The notes under the pieces were generated by a model. The model was not told where the DNA came from, ran no database searches, and saw only the letters and a list, made by a program, of their open reading frames with translations. A DNA stretch of 64,000 bases. Source: an uncultured virus (IMG/VR IMGVR_UViG_3300020151_001403) (taxonomy: Duplodnaviria > Heunggongvirae > Uroviricota > Caudoviricetes). Within the stretch, counting starts at the first letter, position 1. Each line of letters starts with the position of its first letter. Positions 9,465 through 18,874 of the stretch are shown in pieces. The translations under genes and the position numbers were made by a program. The DNA lies in the IMG/VR virus record IMGVR_UViG_3300020151_001403; one strand, given 5' to 3'.

Positions 9465-10230
9465 CGTCTTTTAAACCTTTCATTATGTGGTCAGGTTTTA
9501 AACCATAAGTTTTCATACTATTTTTTAATGAGTTGATTTGTCTTTTTACTATTGGGTTGATTTCAACTTCTTCTATTTCTTCATCTTTTGAAACCAAATC
9601 ATCATTGTTATTTTTTTTCTTTAAAAGTTCATCGATATATTCTTCAATGTATTTTTTAGGATTTTCAACCATTATAACCTGACCTTTAGGTAAATCTTCA
9701 TTGTAACCTAAGTCCGCCATTTTATCAAGCGCCTTTTCTCTTGTTAATCCTAATTCTTTTGTAAAATACATATACGCTTCTTTATATGACTTATCCTTTA
9801 ATATAGTCTCATCAGCACCTAATGTATCACCTAACGCAACTTCAAGTATTTCACCTTTAGTTATTTTTCTACTTTCCATCCAATACTTTCTATAATTTTG
9901 AACACCAGTTGTACCGTAATTACCCATCATATTTGCTCGAGTTTTTTGGTTATCATCTGAAGTTCTTTTTGATGTTGTTTGTTTTGAATTAAAGTTTGTT
10001 GGTAATTTACTTGTTTCAATGTTTCCATTAACGTCAATAATCTCATCAATATCTTCCTCCTCTACTTTATCGGGTATTTCATCGTAATTTGTTTTATCAG
10101 AAAATTCTTTTGCCCACTTTGACCATTTCTTACCTTTTTTACCACCTTCACCTGCTTGAGCATAAAAGAACCTTTGTTGTGCTTTTGATGCGAATTTCTC
10201 TTCAATAACTTGTTTTATAAAATTATTCAT
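9457..10230 (-). CDS. Hypothetical protein (possible internal head protein)
   Basis: 257 aa, charged, several I/L-x-E motifs, TATTTAT upstream. Confidence 0.65.
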   Translation of the reverse strand: MNNFIKQVIEEKFASKAQQRFFYAQAGEGGKKGKKWSKWAKEFSDKTNYDEIPDKVEEEDIDEIIDVNGNIETSKLPTNFNSKQTTSKRTSDDNQKTRANMMGNYGTTGVQNYRKYWMESRKITKGEILEVALGDTLGADETILKDKSYKEAYMYFTKELGLTREKALDKMADLGYNEDLPKGQVIMVENPKKYIEEYIDELLKKKNNNDDLVSKDEEIEEVEINPIVKRQINSLKNSMKTYGLKPDHIMKGLKDDE

Positions 10231-10246
10231 TAGATATATTTTTTAT

Positions 10247-10277
10247 ATAAATATCAAACCAAATGAAAGATATTTAT
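10247..10277. promoter_or_regulatory. Back-to-back putative late promoters (GATATTTAT on both strands)
   Basis: ATAAATATC at 10247-10255 and GATATTTAT at 10269-10277 between divergent genes. Confidence 0.55.
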
Positions 10278-10283
10278 TAAAAT

Positions 10284-11339
10284 ATGAATAGTCAGAATAT
10301 TTTAAAGTTTTATGGGTCTAAATTAGATTTAAAATTAGATAGTTCGGAGTTATATGACTTTGAAATGGGTGGTGTTGAAAATGATTATGACATTGGTTTG
10401 TTGGATTTAACCACCGGTGGAACAATAACCTATGATTCTTTAGTTGTTGATTCAGATTGTTTGAGTTTGACACCAATAAGTAGTTTATCACCTTGGATAA
10501 TCAATATTGGTCAACTATATACGGGATATACTTGTGATTTTACGGTAAGAAAAAGAACCGAGAGTGGTTGGACATTAGATTTTGTTTTTAGTGGTAATAC
10601 AAGAGCAAATAACACATTTTATAGTTGGGGGACCCAATCCGGCGATGTTGATAATTATTTACGTTTTTATTTTGTAAGTGATGGTTCAATAGATTGGGAG
10701 GTAACAAGATATTCGGGATATTGTAACACCGTTTCGGGATATACTGAAACAACTTATGTTGATACAGGTAGTACTTCACCCTTAGCTACCGGTCAAACAC
10801 AAAGTGATTTTAATGTTATAATAACATTTGAACGTTACAACAGGTATGAATTATGTGATTTGTCAAATGAGGGTGGGTGGAATGATTTAATAACGGGCGT
10901 AACTATTTTAAATCCAACGGATATAATGACGGGCGCAACTGAAGAGGTATCATTTATTGAAGTATTAAATGAAAAATGGTCGAATGAAAGAAATAAAAGA
11001 CTTGGTGTTTTAAAAATTTATCTGAATGGTGGTTTAATTTATAAAAAAGAAAATTGGGAAGAAGTTATTCCATCAAAAAGAGATGTTGATGCTTCAACTT
11101 TTCAAAAGTTTTTTAGTAGTTTAAGTAACTTAACAATAAAAAAAATAAAATATTTTGAAGAACCTCTAAATTTCTTACAAATAAATCATAATTATTTAAC
11201 ATCCATTAAACCATATTATAACATAACAGATGTTACGAACCCATGTGGTGATGTTTTAATGGGGTTCACAGATATAGGTATTTTATCTGAAAATAATGAA
11301 AACATATTCACGGAAGACAATAATATATTAATCTATTAA
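10284..11339 (+). CDS. Putative virion structural protein
   Basis: 351 aa, beta-rich, many [ST]GxT motifs, late motif upstream. Confidence 0.55.
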   Translation: MNSQNILKFYGSKLDLKLDSSELYDFEMGGVENDYDIGLLDLTTGGTITYDSLVVDSDCLSLTPISSLSPWIINIGQLYTGYTCDFTVRKRTESGWTLDFVFSGNTRANNTFYSWGTQSGDVDNYLRFYFVSDGSIDWEVTRYSGYCNTVSGYTETTYVDTGSTSPLATGQTQSDFNVIITFERYNRYELCDLSNEGGWNDLITGVTILNPTDIMTGATEEVSFIEVLNEKWSNERNKRLGVLKIYLNGGLIYKKENWEEVIPSKRDVDASTFQKFFSSLSNLTIKKIKYFEEPLNFLQINHNYLTSIKPYYNITDVTNPCGDVLMGFTDIGILSENNENIFTEDNNILIY

Positions 11340-11352
11340 ACTATTTATCTAA

Positions 11353-11850
11353 ATGGCAAATAAAAAAATATCAGAATTATCAAGTTCACTAGCACCACCA
11401 TTAAGTGGGGTAACTGCAATTGTACATGGTGGCACAACATATAAATCTACATTATCCACATTAAGAGAGGTTTTGGTTGATAGTGGCTCTCATGTATTTA
11501 CCGGAAGTCAAACCATCAATGGTAATTTAGTTGTTAGTGGTTCTTTAACCGCACAACAATATATATTAAGTTCATCAATTTCAAATATAATAACTGAAAC
11601 AATAAGCGGTTCTTCAAACTTTGGTAATTCATTAGATGATAGACATGTATTTACTGGTAGTGTTCAAATAACAGGCTCATTAAACGTTACGGGTAGTGTA
11701 ACATTTAATAATTCAATAACCACAAACGGATATAACATTTTAACAAGTGTTACATCAAGTTTTGTTAATGATGCAGCCGCCGCTGCTGGTGGGGTACCAT
11801 TACAAGGATTATATAGAAGTGGTAGTTTTGTATTAATTAGATTAACATAA
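11353..11850 (+). CDS. Putative tail fibre-like structural protein
   Basis: N-terminal KKISEL, repeated FTGSxxIxGSL beta-repeats, AAAGGVPLQGLYR C-terminus. Confidence 0.55.
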   Translation: MANKKISELSSSLAPPLSGVTAIVHGGTTYKSTLSTLREVLVDSGSHVFTGSQTINGNLVVSGSLTAQQYILSSSISNIITETISGSSNFGNSLDDRHVFTGSVQITGSLNVTGSVTFNNSITTNGYNILTSVTSSFVNDAAAAAGGVPLQGLYRSGSFVLIRLT

Positions 11851-11861
11851 TATTATAGAAT

Positions 11862-12218
11862 ATGGAATTTTTTATCAGACAGGGTGCAACTGACCCAATA
11901 TTAAAAATGAGGCTAATTGATGATGGGAAAAATGATAAATCATCATTTAACGACATGCTTGAGAGTGGAACAACAATAACATTTGAGATGTTTGATGTTA
12001 ATACAAACGAGTATTCAATATTAGATAGCACATGTTTAGTAACAACAAGAACAAAGAAATTTAACAACACAACAGACGAGTATTATATCACACATAGATT
12101 TACCACGGAACACACATCGGTAAAAGGAAGATTTGAGGGTATAGTTACAATCACATTTAGTGATGGTAATATATTAATTATGCCAATTAAAGAAAAACTA
12201 TTCATCAACGTAATTTGA
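11862..12218 (+). CDS. BppU N-terminal-like baseplate/fibre adaptor
   Basis: FFIRQGATDPILKMRL...GRFEGIVTITFSDG pattern. Confidence 0.5.
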   Translation: MEFFIRQGATDPILKMRLIDDGKNDKSSFNDMLESGTTITFEMFDVNTNEYSILDSTCLVTTRTKKFNNTTDEYYITHRFTTEHTSVKGRFEGIVTITFSDGNILIMPIKEKLFINVI

Positions 12219-12245
12219 TAAATTAGTATTTTGTATTTATATTTG
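12214..12245 (+). promoter_or_regulatory. Bacteroidota-type housekeeping promoter upstream of the DNA polymerase
   Basis: TTTG (12214-17), 20-nt spacer, TATATTTG (12238-45) matches the TTTG/TAnnTTTG consensus. Confidence 0.6.
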
Positions 12246-12305
12246 TAACATCAAGACTAACTACGGAAGTACCGTAAGCTAATGTGTCACTTAAACAAAT
12301 AAAGT

Positions 12306-15203
12306 ATGAAAGAAGTAATCTCACAGGAGGTTATCGAGAGCTTCCTGAACGGGGGTGACGATGAGAAATACATCGTTGGTGTCGAGTACGACTACCCCAC
12401 AAACATGATTTCAAAAATCATTCAAGACCCCGAAAAGGGTAAAATCGTTAAATCAGATTCATTTACTCCATTTTTGTGGGTTGGTGACTTGACCGAGTTT
12501 AATTTCTATGGTGGGTCCAAACAAAAACAAAAACAGATGATGGGTAAGTACGGTATCATTATTGATAAGTTGGATACTCACGGTGATGAACGACTTGAGG
12601 CTGGTATGAAATTCTTGGTTAAAAGTATCAAGACTTATACCGATTTAATTAGTTTCTTTAAAACAGGTGGTATTGACCCTTGGGGTGAAGAAACCAAAAA
12701 ATGTTTCACCATTTTATCACCAGTAGAACAATATCTTGTTCAAACAAGAAAACGATTATTCAAGGGAATTGAAGACTATGCGGATGTATATCGATTTGTA
12801 TTCGATATTGAGACCACAGGTTTAGACCCTGAAACTTGTAATATCATTTTGATTGGAGTTAAGGATAACCGTGGTCTACAAGAAACAATTCCTGCGTTTG
12901 GTGAAGATGGTGAAAAGAAATGTATTGAAAGATTCTTTAATTTAATTAGAGAACTTAAACCAACTATCGTTGCGGGTTATAACTCCGCTTTCTTTGACTT
13001 TCCGTTTATCCTTAAAAGAGCCGAAATATTGGGTGTAGATGTTCAAGGTTTAACTAAAATCTTGACGGGAACTGGTATGAAAGAGAAAAAAGGTATATTG
13101 AAACTTGCCAATGAAATGGAGGATTATGTTCAACACGTAATTTGGGGTTTTAATATTATTGATATCGCACACTCTGTTCGTAGAGCACAGGCAATCAACT
13201 CGGAGATTAAATCTTGGGGTTTAAAGTATATCACAACATATTTGGAAAAAGAAAAACCTAATCGGGTTTATGTTAAAGGTAATAAAATATCTGAAATATA
13301 TCTTCAGAATGAGAGTTATTATGTAAACCCCAAAACGGGTGGATATAAACAAATCGGTGAACCCGGTACTCAGGACCTATTAACAAGATTCCCCGGCAAG
13401 TTTGAAATATGGACAGGTAGGAAGATTGTTGAGCAATATCTTGATGATGACCTTTATGAGACAATGATTGTCGATGACTCATTCTCTCAGTCAACATTCT
13501 TATTATCCAAACTTATACCAACAACGTATGAGAGGATTGCAACAATGGGTACCGCAACATTATGGAAAATAATTATGTTAGCGTGGTCATATGAGCATAA
13601 CTTAGCAATACCAGCAAAGGACACAAAACGACCATTTACGGGTGGTTTGTCTCGTTTATTAAATGTGGGGTTCGCTAAAAACATTGTTAAGTTTGACTAC
13701 TCATCTTTATATCCATCAATTCAGTTGGTATATGATGTATTCCCCGAGTGTGATGTTATGGGTGTACAGAAATCTATGTTAAAGTATTTCCGTAACATTC
13801 GTATTAAGTATAAACACCTTGCCGGTGAATTGAAAGATAGTGACCCCGTTGCTTCCGAAATGTATGACCGTAAGCAATTACCTATTAAGATTTTCATCAA
13901 TGCTTACTTTGGTTCACTATCGGCACCACACGTATTCCCTTGGGGAGAAATGGATTCAGGTGAGACAATTACTTGTATTGGTCGTCAATGTCTTCGTATG
14001 ATGATTATGTTCTACATGAGAAAAGGTTATAAACCACTCGTAATGGATACGGACGGTGTGAACTTTGAAACACCTGAAAGTGCTGCCGATGCTGTATATA
14101 TTGGTAAGGGGTTAAACGAACTTGTTAAGGAAGGTAAAGAATATAGGGGAATTGAAGCACATACCGCAGAATTCAACGATATCTTTATGCGAAACGAAAT
14201 GGGTCTCGATATTGACTATACCGCACCATCTTGTATTAATGTATCTCGTAAAAACTACATCATTAAATTAATAAAAAAAGGTAAAGAGAAAATCAAACTT
14301 ACGGGTAACACTATTAAGTCAAAGAAATTACAACAATATGTCGTTGAATTCTTGGATGAGGGTTTAAAATACTTGTTAAATGGTGATGGTCTTTCTTTTG
14401 TGGAATTATACTACGATTATGTGGAAAAGATTTACAATAAGGAAATCCCGTTATCAAAGATTGCTAATAAAGCTCGTGTTAAACAATCAATTGATGAGTA
14501 TAAGAAGTATGTAAAGAAAACCACAAAGTCAGGTTCTCTTATGTCAAGACAAGCTCATATGGAATTAATTGTGATGAGTGATTATCCTGCGGGTCTTGGT
14601 GATACAATTTACTATGTGAATAATGGTGAAAAGAAATCATCGGGTGACGTACAGAAAATTACAAAACCAACGAAGAAACAACAAGAAGAATTCTTAGCTA
14701 AACATGGTGTTCAAATGCCTGATGGTTTTATTGAGGTTAATTGTTATATGATTGACGAAAAGGAGATTACAAATAATCCCGATTTATTGGGTGATTACAA
14801 TGTTCCTCGTTATTTAACAAACTTTAATAAACGTGTGGAACCGTTGTTAGTTGCGTTTAATCCAAACATTCGTGAGGATATTCTAATTGAGGACCCAAAG
14901 GATAGACAATACTTTACCAAGTTACAATGTGAACTTGTTAACGGTTATCCTCTTAAAGAAAGTGGTCAAGATAAGTTTGATGAGGTTATGACCTTATCGG
15001 ATAGTGAAGTTGTCTTTTGGAATAAAGTAGGCCGTGACCCATTCTTTATGTATGTGGAGGATAGTTTAGAACTTGCTGACCAATATTGGGTAGACCACAA
15101 TAGAAAGGTTTTACTTTTACAAGCGGCAAGTACTGTAAGTAATGAGGACGAAATTATCGGTAATACTGATACTGATGCCGTGTTACACGCAGTTGAAGTT
15201 TAG
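12306..15203 (+). CDS. Family B DNA polymerase with 3'-5' exonuclease
   Basis: FDIETTG (ExoI), GYNSAFFDFP (ExoII), FDYSSLYPSI (A), KIFINAYFG (B), MDTDG (C). Confidence 0.95.
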   Translation: MKEVISQEVIESFLNGGDDEKYIVGVEYDYPTNMISKIIQDPEKGKIVKSDSFTPFLWVGDLTEFNFYGGSKQKQKQMMGKYGIIIDKLDTHGDERLEAGMKFLVKSIKTYTDLISFFKTGGIDPWGEETKKCFTILSPVEQYLVQTRKRLFKGIEDYADVYRFVFDIETTGLDPETCNIILIGVKDNRGLQETIPAFGEDGEKKCIERFFNLIRELKPTIVAGYNSAFFDFPFILKRAEILGVDVQGLTKILTGTGMKEKKGILKLANEMEDYVQHVIWGFNIIDIAHSVRRAQAINSEIKSWGLKYITTYLEKEKPNRVYVKGNKISEIYLQNESYYVNPKTGGYKQIGEPGTQDLLTRFPGKFEIWTGRKIVEQYLDDDLYETMIVDDSFSQSTFLLSKLIPTTYERIATMGTATLWKIIMLAWSYEHNLAIPAKDTKRPFTGGLSRLLNVGFAKNIVKFDYSSLYPSIQLVYDVFPECDVMGVQKSMLKYFRNIRIKYKHLAGELKDSDPVASEMYDRKQLPIKIFINAYFGSLSAPHVFPWGEMDSGETITCIGRQCLRMMIMFYMRKGYKPLVMDTDGVNFETPESAADAVYIGKGLNELVKEGKEYRGIEAHTAEFNDIFMRNEMGLDIDYTAPSCINVSRKNYIIKLIKKGKEKIKLTGNTIKSKKLQQYVVEFLDEGLKYLLNGDGLSFVELYYDYVEKIYNKEIPLSKIANKARVKQSIDEYKKYVKKTTKSGSLMSRQAHMELIVMSDYPAGLGDTIYYVNNGEKKSSGDVQKITKPTKKQQEEFLAKHGVQMPDGFIEVNCYMIDEKEITNNPDLLGDYNVPRYLTNFNKRVEPLLVAFNPNIREDILIEDPKDRQYFTKLQCELVNGYPLKESGQDKFDEVMTLSDSEVVFWNKVGRDPFFMYVEDSLELADQYWVDHNRKVLLLQAASTVSNEDEIIGNTDTDAVLHAVEV

Positions 15204-16324
15204 AATGTTGTGATTGGAGTTTGGAATGCTCTAAATTTCAATGACTTATTGAGATTTTCAGCCTCGGCACCTTTTCTTTCGAGAAGTTTGTCGGGGCGAA
15301 GTCTTTCAAGTCTTGCCATTAACTCTTCAACCAATTTAGATTTTTCATCTTTACCCTCTGTAAGTAATGAAGTGTAATCTAATTTTAATTCAGAATCAGG
15401 AACTTTAAGGTCTCCACTAAATTTACCCCAAATTCTACCCAAACCTTCTTTAGAATAAGCTATCAAATATTTTCTAACCCAGTTTTGTGCGGGTTGATTT
15501 AAGTCAGACCATTTTAATTCTTCTGTTTGAACATCTGAGGGTAATCTAATAATATCTTTATTTTTAGCAAGACATTCATCTCTATCTTTCGTATTTGTTT
15601 CATAATACCAATACCAAACTTGGTAATTATTTGATTGTGTAGAACCAAAGTCAAATCTACCTCCCGGTACATTGTATAAGTGTACAATTTTAGTTCCTTC
15701 AGGACCCGCCGTAATTCTATAAGTTAAATCTCCACCAATCAATCTATTCTTGATACTTCTGTCTTGCATTCTCAATAAAAGGTCGTTAGCCGGCATCATA
15801 AAGTAAGAACCCGCAGAACCAATTTGTGCAAACCCGCCAATACCTCCAAAACCTACACCACCAATACCACCAAATCCACCTAAGAATGGGTCAATAATAG
15901 AATCTGTTAACTCAGCACGTGTAAACCATAATAACTCATTGATTTCACGACCCGCAGGTAAAATATATGTTTGTGTTCCACCTGAAACTGTAAAATAATC
16001 TTTTTTCAATTCACTATCACCACCTGTCTGTAATCCAACAATTTTAGAATATGCATGTGTAAATTGTGTTTCATAATCTAAACTTCTTGTTGTAAAAGCC
16101 CGTGCTAATGAAGCGGTATCTAAGTTTAATCCGGCAAGTGCCGACCATTGTGATTCGATTAACCAATCCGATACGTATTGTTCATATTCTGATAAAGATA
16201 ATTCTAAAAAAGTATCCATCTGTTCTTGTGTTAGTTCAATACCACGAACAGGCATACCTAATAAATGAAACACTTGAGTGTATAACTTATCTTTTTCTTC
16301 GGTAGTAATAATTGATGATGCCAT
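15200..16324 (-). CDS. Neck protein (T4 gp13-like)
   Basis: LLGMPVRGIELTQEQMD start and WVRKYLIAYSKEGLGRIWGKFSG...L...G..EK C-terminus. Confidence 0.7.
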   Translation of the reverse strand: MASSIITTEEKDKLYTQVFHLLGMPVRGIELTQEQMDTFLELSLSEYEQYVSDWLIESQWSALAGLNLDTASLARAFTTRSLDYETQFTHAYSKIVGLQTGGDSELKKDYFTVSGGTQTYILPAGREINELLWFTRAELTDSIIDPFLGGFGGIGGVGFGGIGGFAQIGSAGSYFMMPANDLLLRMQDRSIKNRLIGGDLTYRITAGPEGTKIVHLYNVPGGRFDFGSTQSNNYQVWYWYYETNTKDRDECLAKNKDIIRLPSDVQTEELKWSDLNQPAQNWVRKYLIAYSKEGLGRIWGKFSGDLKVPDSELKLDYTSLLTEGKDEKSKLVEELMARLERLRPDKLLERKGAEAENLNKSLKFRAFQTPITTF

Positions 16325-16361
16325 AATTGATTTATTCTTATAAATACTTTATATTTAAGAT

Positions 16362-16568
16362 ATGAACAAGATATTAATAGAACTTTTTGAAATTGGTGGT
16401 AGGTACAATTATCAATTCTCCTATAAAATGGGTGAGGGTGAGAATAGTGCAAGTGTTGATTTACAAGGTAAAAAGATTGAAGTCTTTATTGGGAACCCAA
16501 AAGATGAAAATTTAAATGAATTATTAAAAGGTGTTTTAAATGAATTAAAAGACTTCCTATTTAAATAA
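16362..16568 (+). CDS. Hypothetical protein
   Basis: 68 aa ORF filling the gap between two minus-strand genes. Confidence 0.55.
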   Translation: MNKILIELFEIGGRYNYQFSYKMGEGENSASVDLQGKKIEVFIGNPKDENLNELLKGVLNELKDFLFK

Positions 16569-18312
16569 GTTGCTTTAATAAGTCTTTACCAAAAGTTTCA
16601 GAATATTCTCCGTCACCCATAACTTGGTCGATGACACCTTTTTTCTTCTGTAGAATATTATAGATAATTTTTTCGATAGTATTCTCAAATACGGGATAAT
16701 AAACAAGTACACTATTTTTTTGTCCATATCTATACGCTCTATCTTCTCCTTGAGAATGGTCTGCCGGTACAAATGATAAGTCATTCATAATAACAACCTC
16801 AGCTGAAGTTAAAGTAATACCAACTCCGGCAGCTTTAATATTACCAATAAACACTTTTATTTTATCGTCATTTTGAAATCTATCAACGTTTTCTTGACGT
16901 TTATCTTTATTCATACGTCCATCAAGCGTTACCGAGTTCTTTTTATATTTTTCGTGTAACATATCTAATGTCATTGTAAAGTTAGTAAATATGATTACCT
17001 TTTTACCTTGTTCCAAACATTTATCAATCAACTCACAAGTGTAAGGAATCTTTTCATATGAAATTAATTGACGAATCTTCATTAAACGATTTAATGTAAC
17101 GGTAATTGTTTCGTCATTCTTTTTGTCATTAGTAATACGTGCAAATTCTTCCAACTCCTCATCATACATTCTACTATTAAGTTCAACGAATACCGGCGTT
17201 ACAATTTTTTCAGGTAAATCAAGAATGTCAGTTTTCATTCTTCTTAAAACAAGGTTTTTCGTTCGTTCACGAAGTTCATCCAAATTACTTGCACCATTCG
17301 TATTCCATACCTTACGATTACCGACCCTAAATTGATAACCGGCACAATATCTACGAACATATGATTGCCAATTCAACGTCAATGGAGACTCAACAATTTT
17401 TAATAAATTGTAATAGTTAATTGGTCTTGATGTCATTGGTGTACCGGTTAGTAACCACACCTTTGGAATCTGTTCAAGAACATCATTTAATAATCGTGTT
17501 CTGTTTGCCGTTGCGTTTGAAATGTAGTGTGCCTCATCTACGATTGCCAAGTCAAAGCCGGCATTAACCAATAACTTATAGTCGTCACTATCTTTAGAAT
17601 TATCTGTTGAGTGGTAGTTTTTAATGATATCATAGTTAATAATATAAAAGTCAAATGTCGAACCCCATTTACGTCCTTCGACAATTAGTACGCGTTTATC
17701 TGAATAGTTTTTAATCTCCCTATCCCAATTTATTTTTAATGAGGCGGGACATACAATCAAAATCTTTTTTGCTTCACTCTCAAGAGCACCAATAACCGCC
17801 GATGTTGTTTTACCAAGTCCCATATCATCAGCTAAAATAAATTTATTGTTTGCTAATAGTTTTTCAATTGCGATTTTTTGATGGTCCATTGGTGGACGAA
17901 TATTGTATTTTGAATAATCAATTACACGATTCAGTTTTTTTTCTTCTTGCATAATTGCGGCCTTTGGTAACCACATTGCACTAAGTTGTTCTTTTTCAAA
18001 TAACTTTCCCCAAATATGATATGCTTTGTCAGATTCACATAATAACTTTTCACACCATATGTTTTCCGGTATAGAAGGTAGTAATTTATCGTCAGCAAGT
18101 TTCTCACCAAACGTACTTACTATGTTAATATATTTTCTTGCAACCTTTGGGGTTACTGTATGATATTTTTGCACATATTCAGCTTGTGGTCTTGTAAGTT
18201 TAAAACTTTTAAGTTCTACAAATTTTTTCTTCCAATCTAATAATTGATTATTAGACCCTTCATATGTTAAAAGTATATTTCTTGCTTCTATTTCGGGAAT
18301 CATTATTTCCAT
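16561..18312 (-). CDS. SNF2-family helicase/ATPase (SMARCAL1/ZRANB3-like)
   Basis: LADDMGLGKT, IVCPASLKINW, DEAH, LLTGTP, AAGVGITLT, QGEDRAYRYGQ. Confidence 0.9.
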   Translation of the reverse strand: MEIMIPEIEARNILLTYEGSNNQLLDWKKKFVELKSFKLTRPQAEYVQKYHTVTPKVARKYINIVSTFGEKLADDKLLPSIPENIWCEKLLCESDKAYHIWGKLFEKEQLSAMWLPKAAIMQEEKKLNRVIDYSKYNIRPPMDHQKIAIEKLLANNKFILADDMGLGKTTSAVIGALESEAKKILIVCPASLKINWDREIKNYSDKRVLIVEGRKWGSTFDFYIINYDIIKNYHSTDNSKDSDDYKLLVNAGFDLAIVDEAHYISNATANRTRLLNDVLEQIPKVWLLTGTPMTSRPINYYNLLKIVESPLTLNWQSYVRRYCAGYQFRVGNRKVWNTNGASNLDELRERTKNLVLRRMKTDILDLPEKIVTPVFVELNSRMYDEELEEFARITNDKKNDETITVTLNRLMKIRQLISYEKIPYTCELIDKCLEQGKKVIIFTNFTMTLDMLHEKYKKNSVTLDGRMNKDKRQENVDRFQNDDKIKVFIGNIKAAGVGITLTSAEVVIMNDLSFVPADHSQGEDRAYRYGQKNSVLVYYPVFENTIEKIIYNILQKKKGVIDQVMGDGEYSETFGKDLLKQLI

Positions 18313-18360
18313 ATTTAAATATAAATAATAAGAACCAAAAAATGTACTATTTATAAGGAT

Positions 18361-18873
18361 ATGGAAAATAAATTGCCAATCTCAAGATTAACAAAATTTC
18401 TTTCAAATGACGACTTTGATTTAAATATCCAAATGGGTACGGAGTATCTGCACGGTGATTTAAACATGAAGTTAGTCCTTTATCGTGTTGATAGGTCTAA
18501 AACCTCAATAGATAATGTATATGGTGAAGTTGGTAAAGACCAAATAAAATATTTTCCCCCTATGGAATTTAACGGATTGGTTAAAATAGACGCTCCGGCA
18601 AATAAAACATATAAAACGGGATTGGTAAGATTTAATGAACCGGGTAATATTACAATATCGGTTTATATCAAACATTTAGAAGAATTAGGTGTGGATATAA
18701 AGTATGGTGATTTCATTGGATATGCTGAGTCTGAGGATAGAGTTAGATATTATCAGGTTACTAATGACGGTAAAGTAGTTTCAGATGGAAAACATAGTAT
18801 GTTTGGTTACAAACCATTCTACAGAACAATAACGTGTGCACCGGCACAAGAAACTGAATTTAGAGGAGTATAA
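18361..18873 (+). CDS. Putative head-closure/neck protein (gp14-like)
   Basis: Position before the tail terminator and sheath; NVYGE motif; late motif upstream. Confidence 0.5.
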   Translation: MENKLPISRLTKFLSNDDFDLNIQMGTEYLHGDLNMKLVLYRVDRSKTSIDNVYGEVGKDQIKYFPPMEFNGLVKIDAPANKTYKTGLVRFNEPGNITISVYIKHLEELGVDIKYGDFIGYAESEDRVRYYQVTNDGKVVSDGKHSMFGYKPFYRTITCAPAQETEFRGV

Positions 18874-18874
18874 A

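Noticed and set aside
18836..18874. Upstream start of the 430 aa ORF
   Set aside because: Overlaps the previous gene; the ATG at 18875 right after the stop is more plausible
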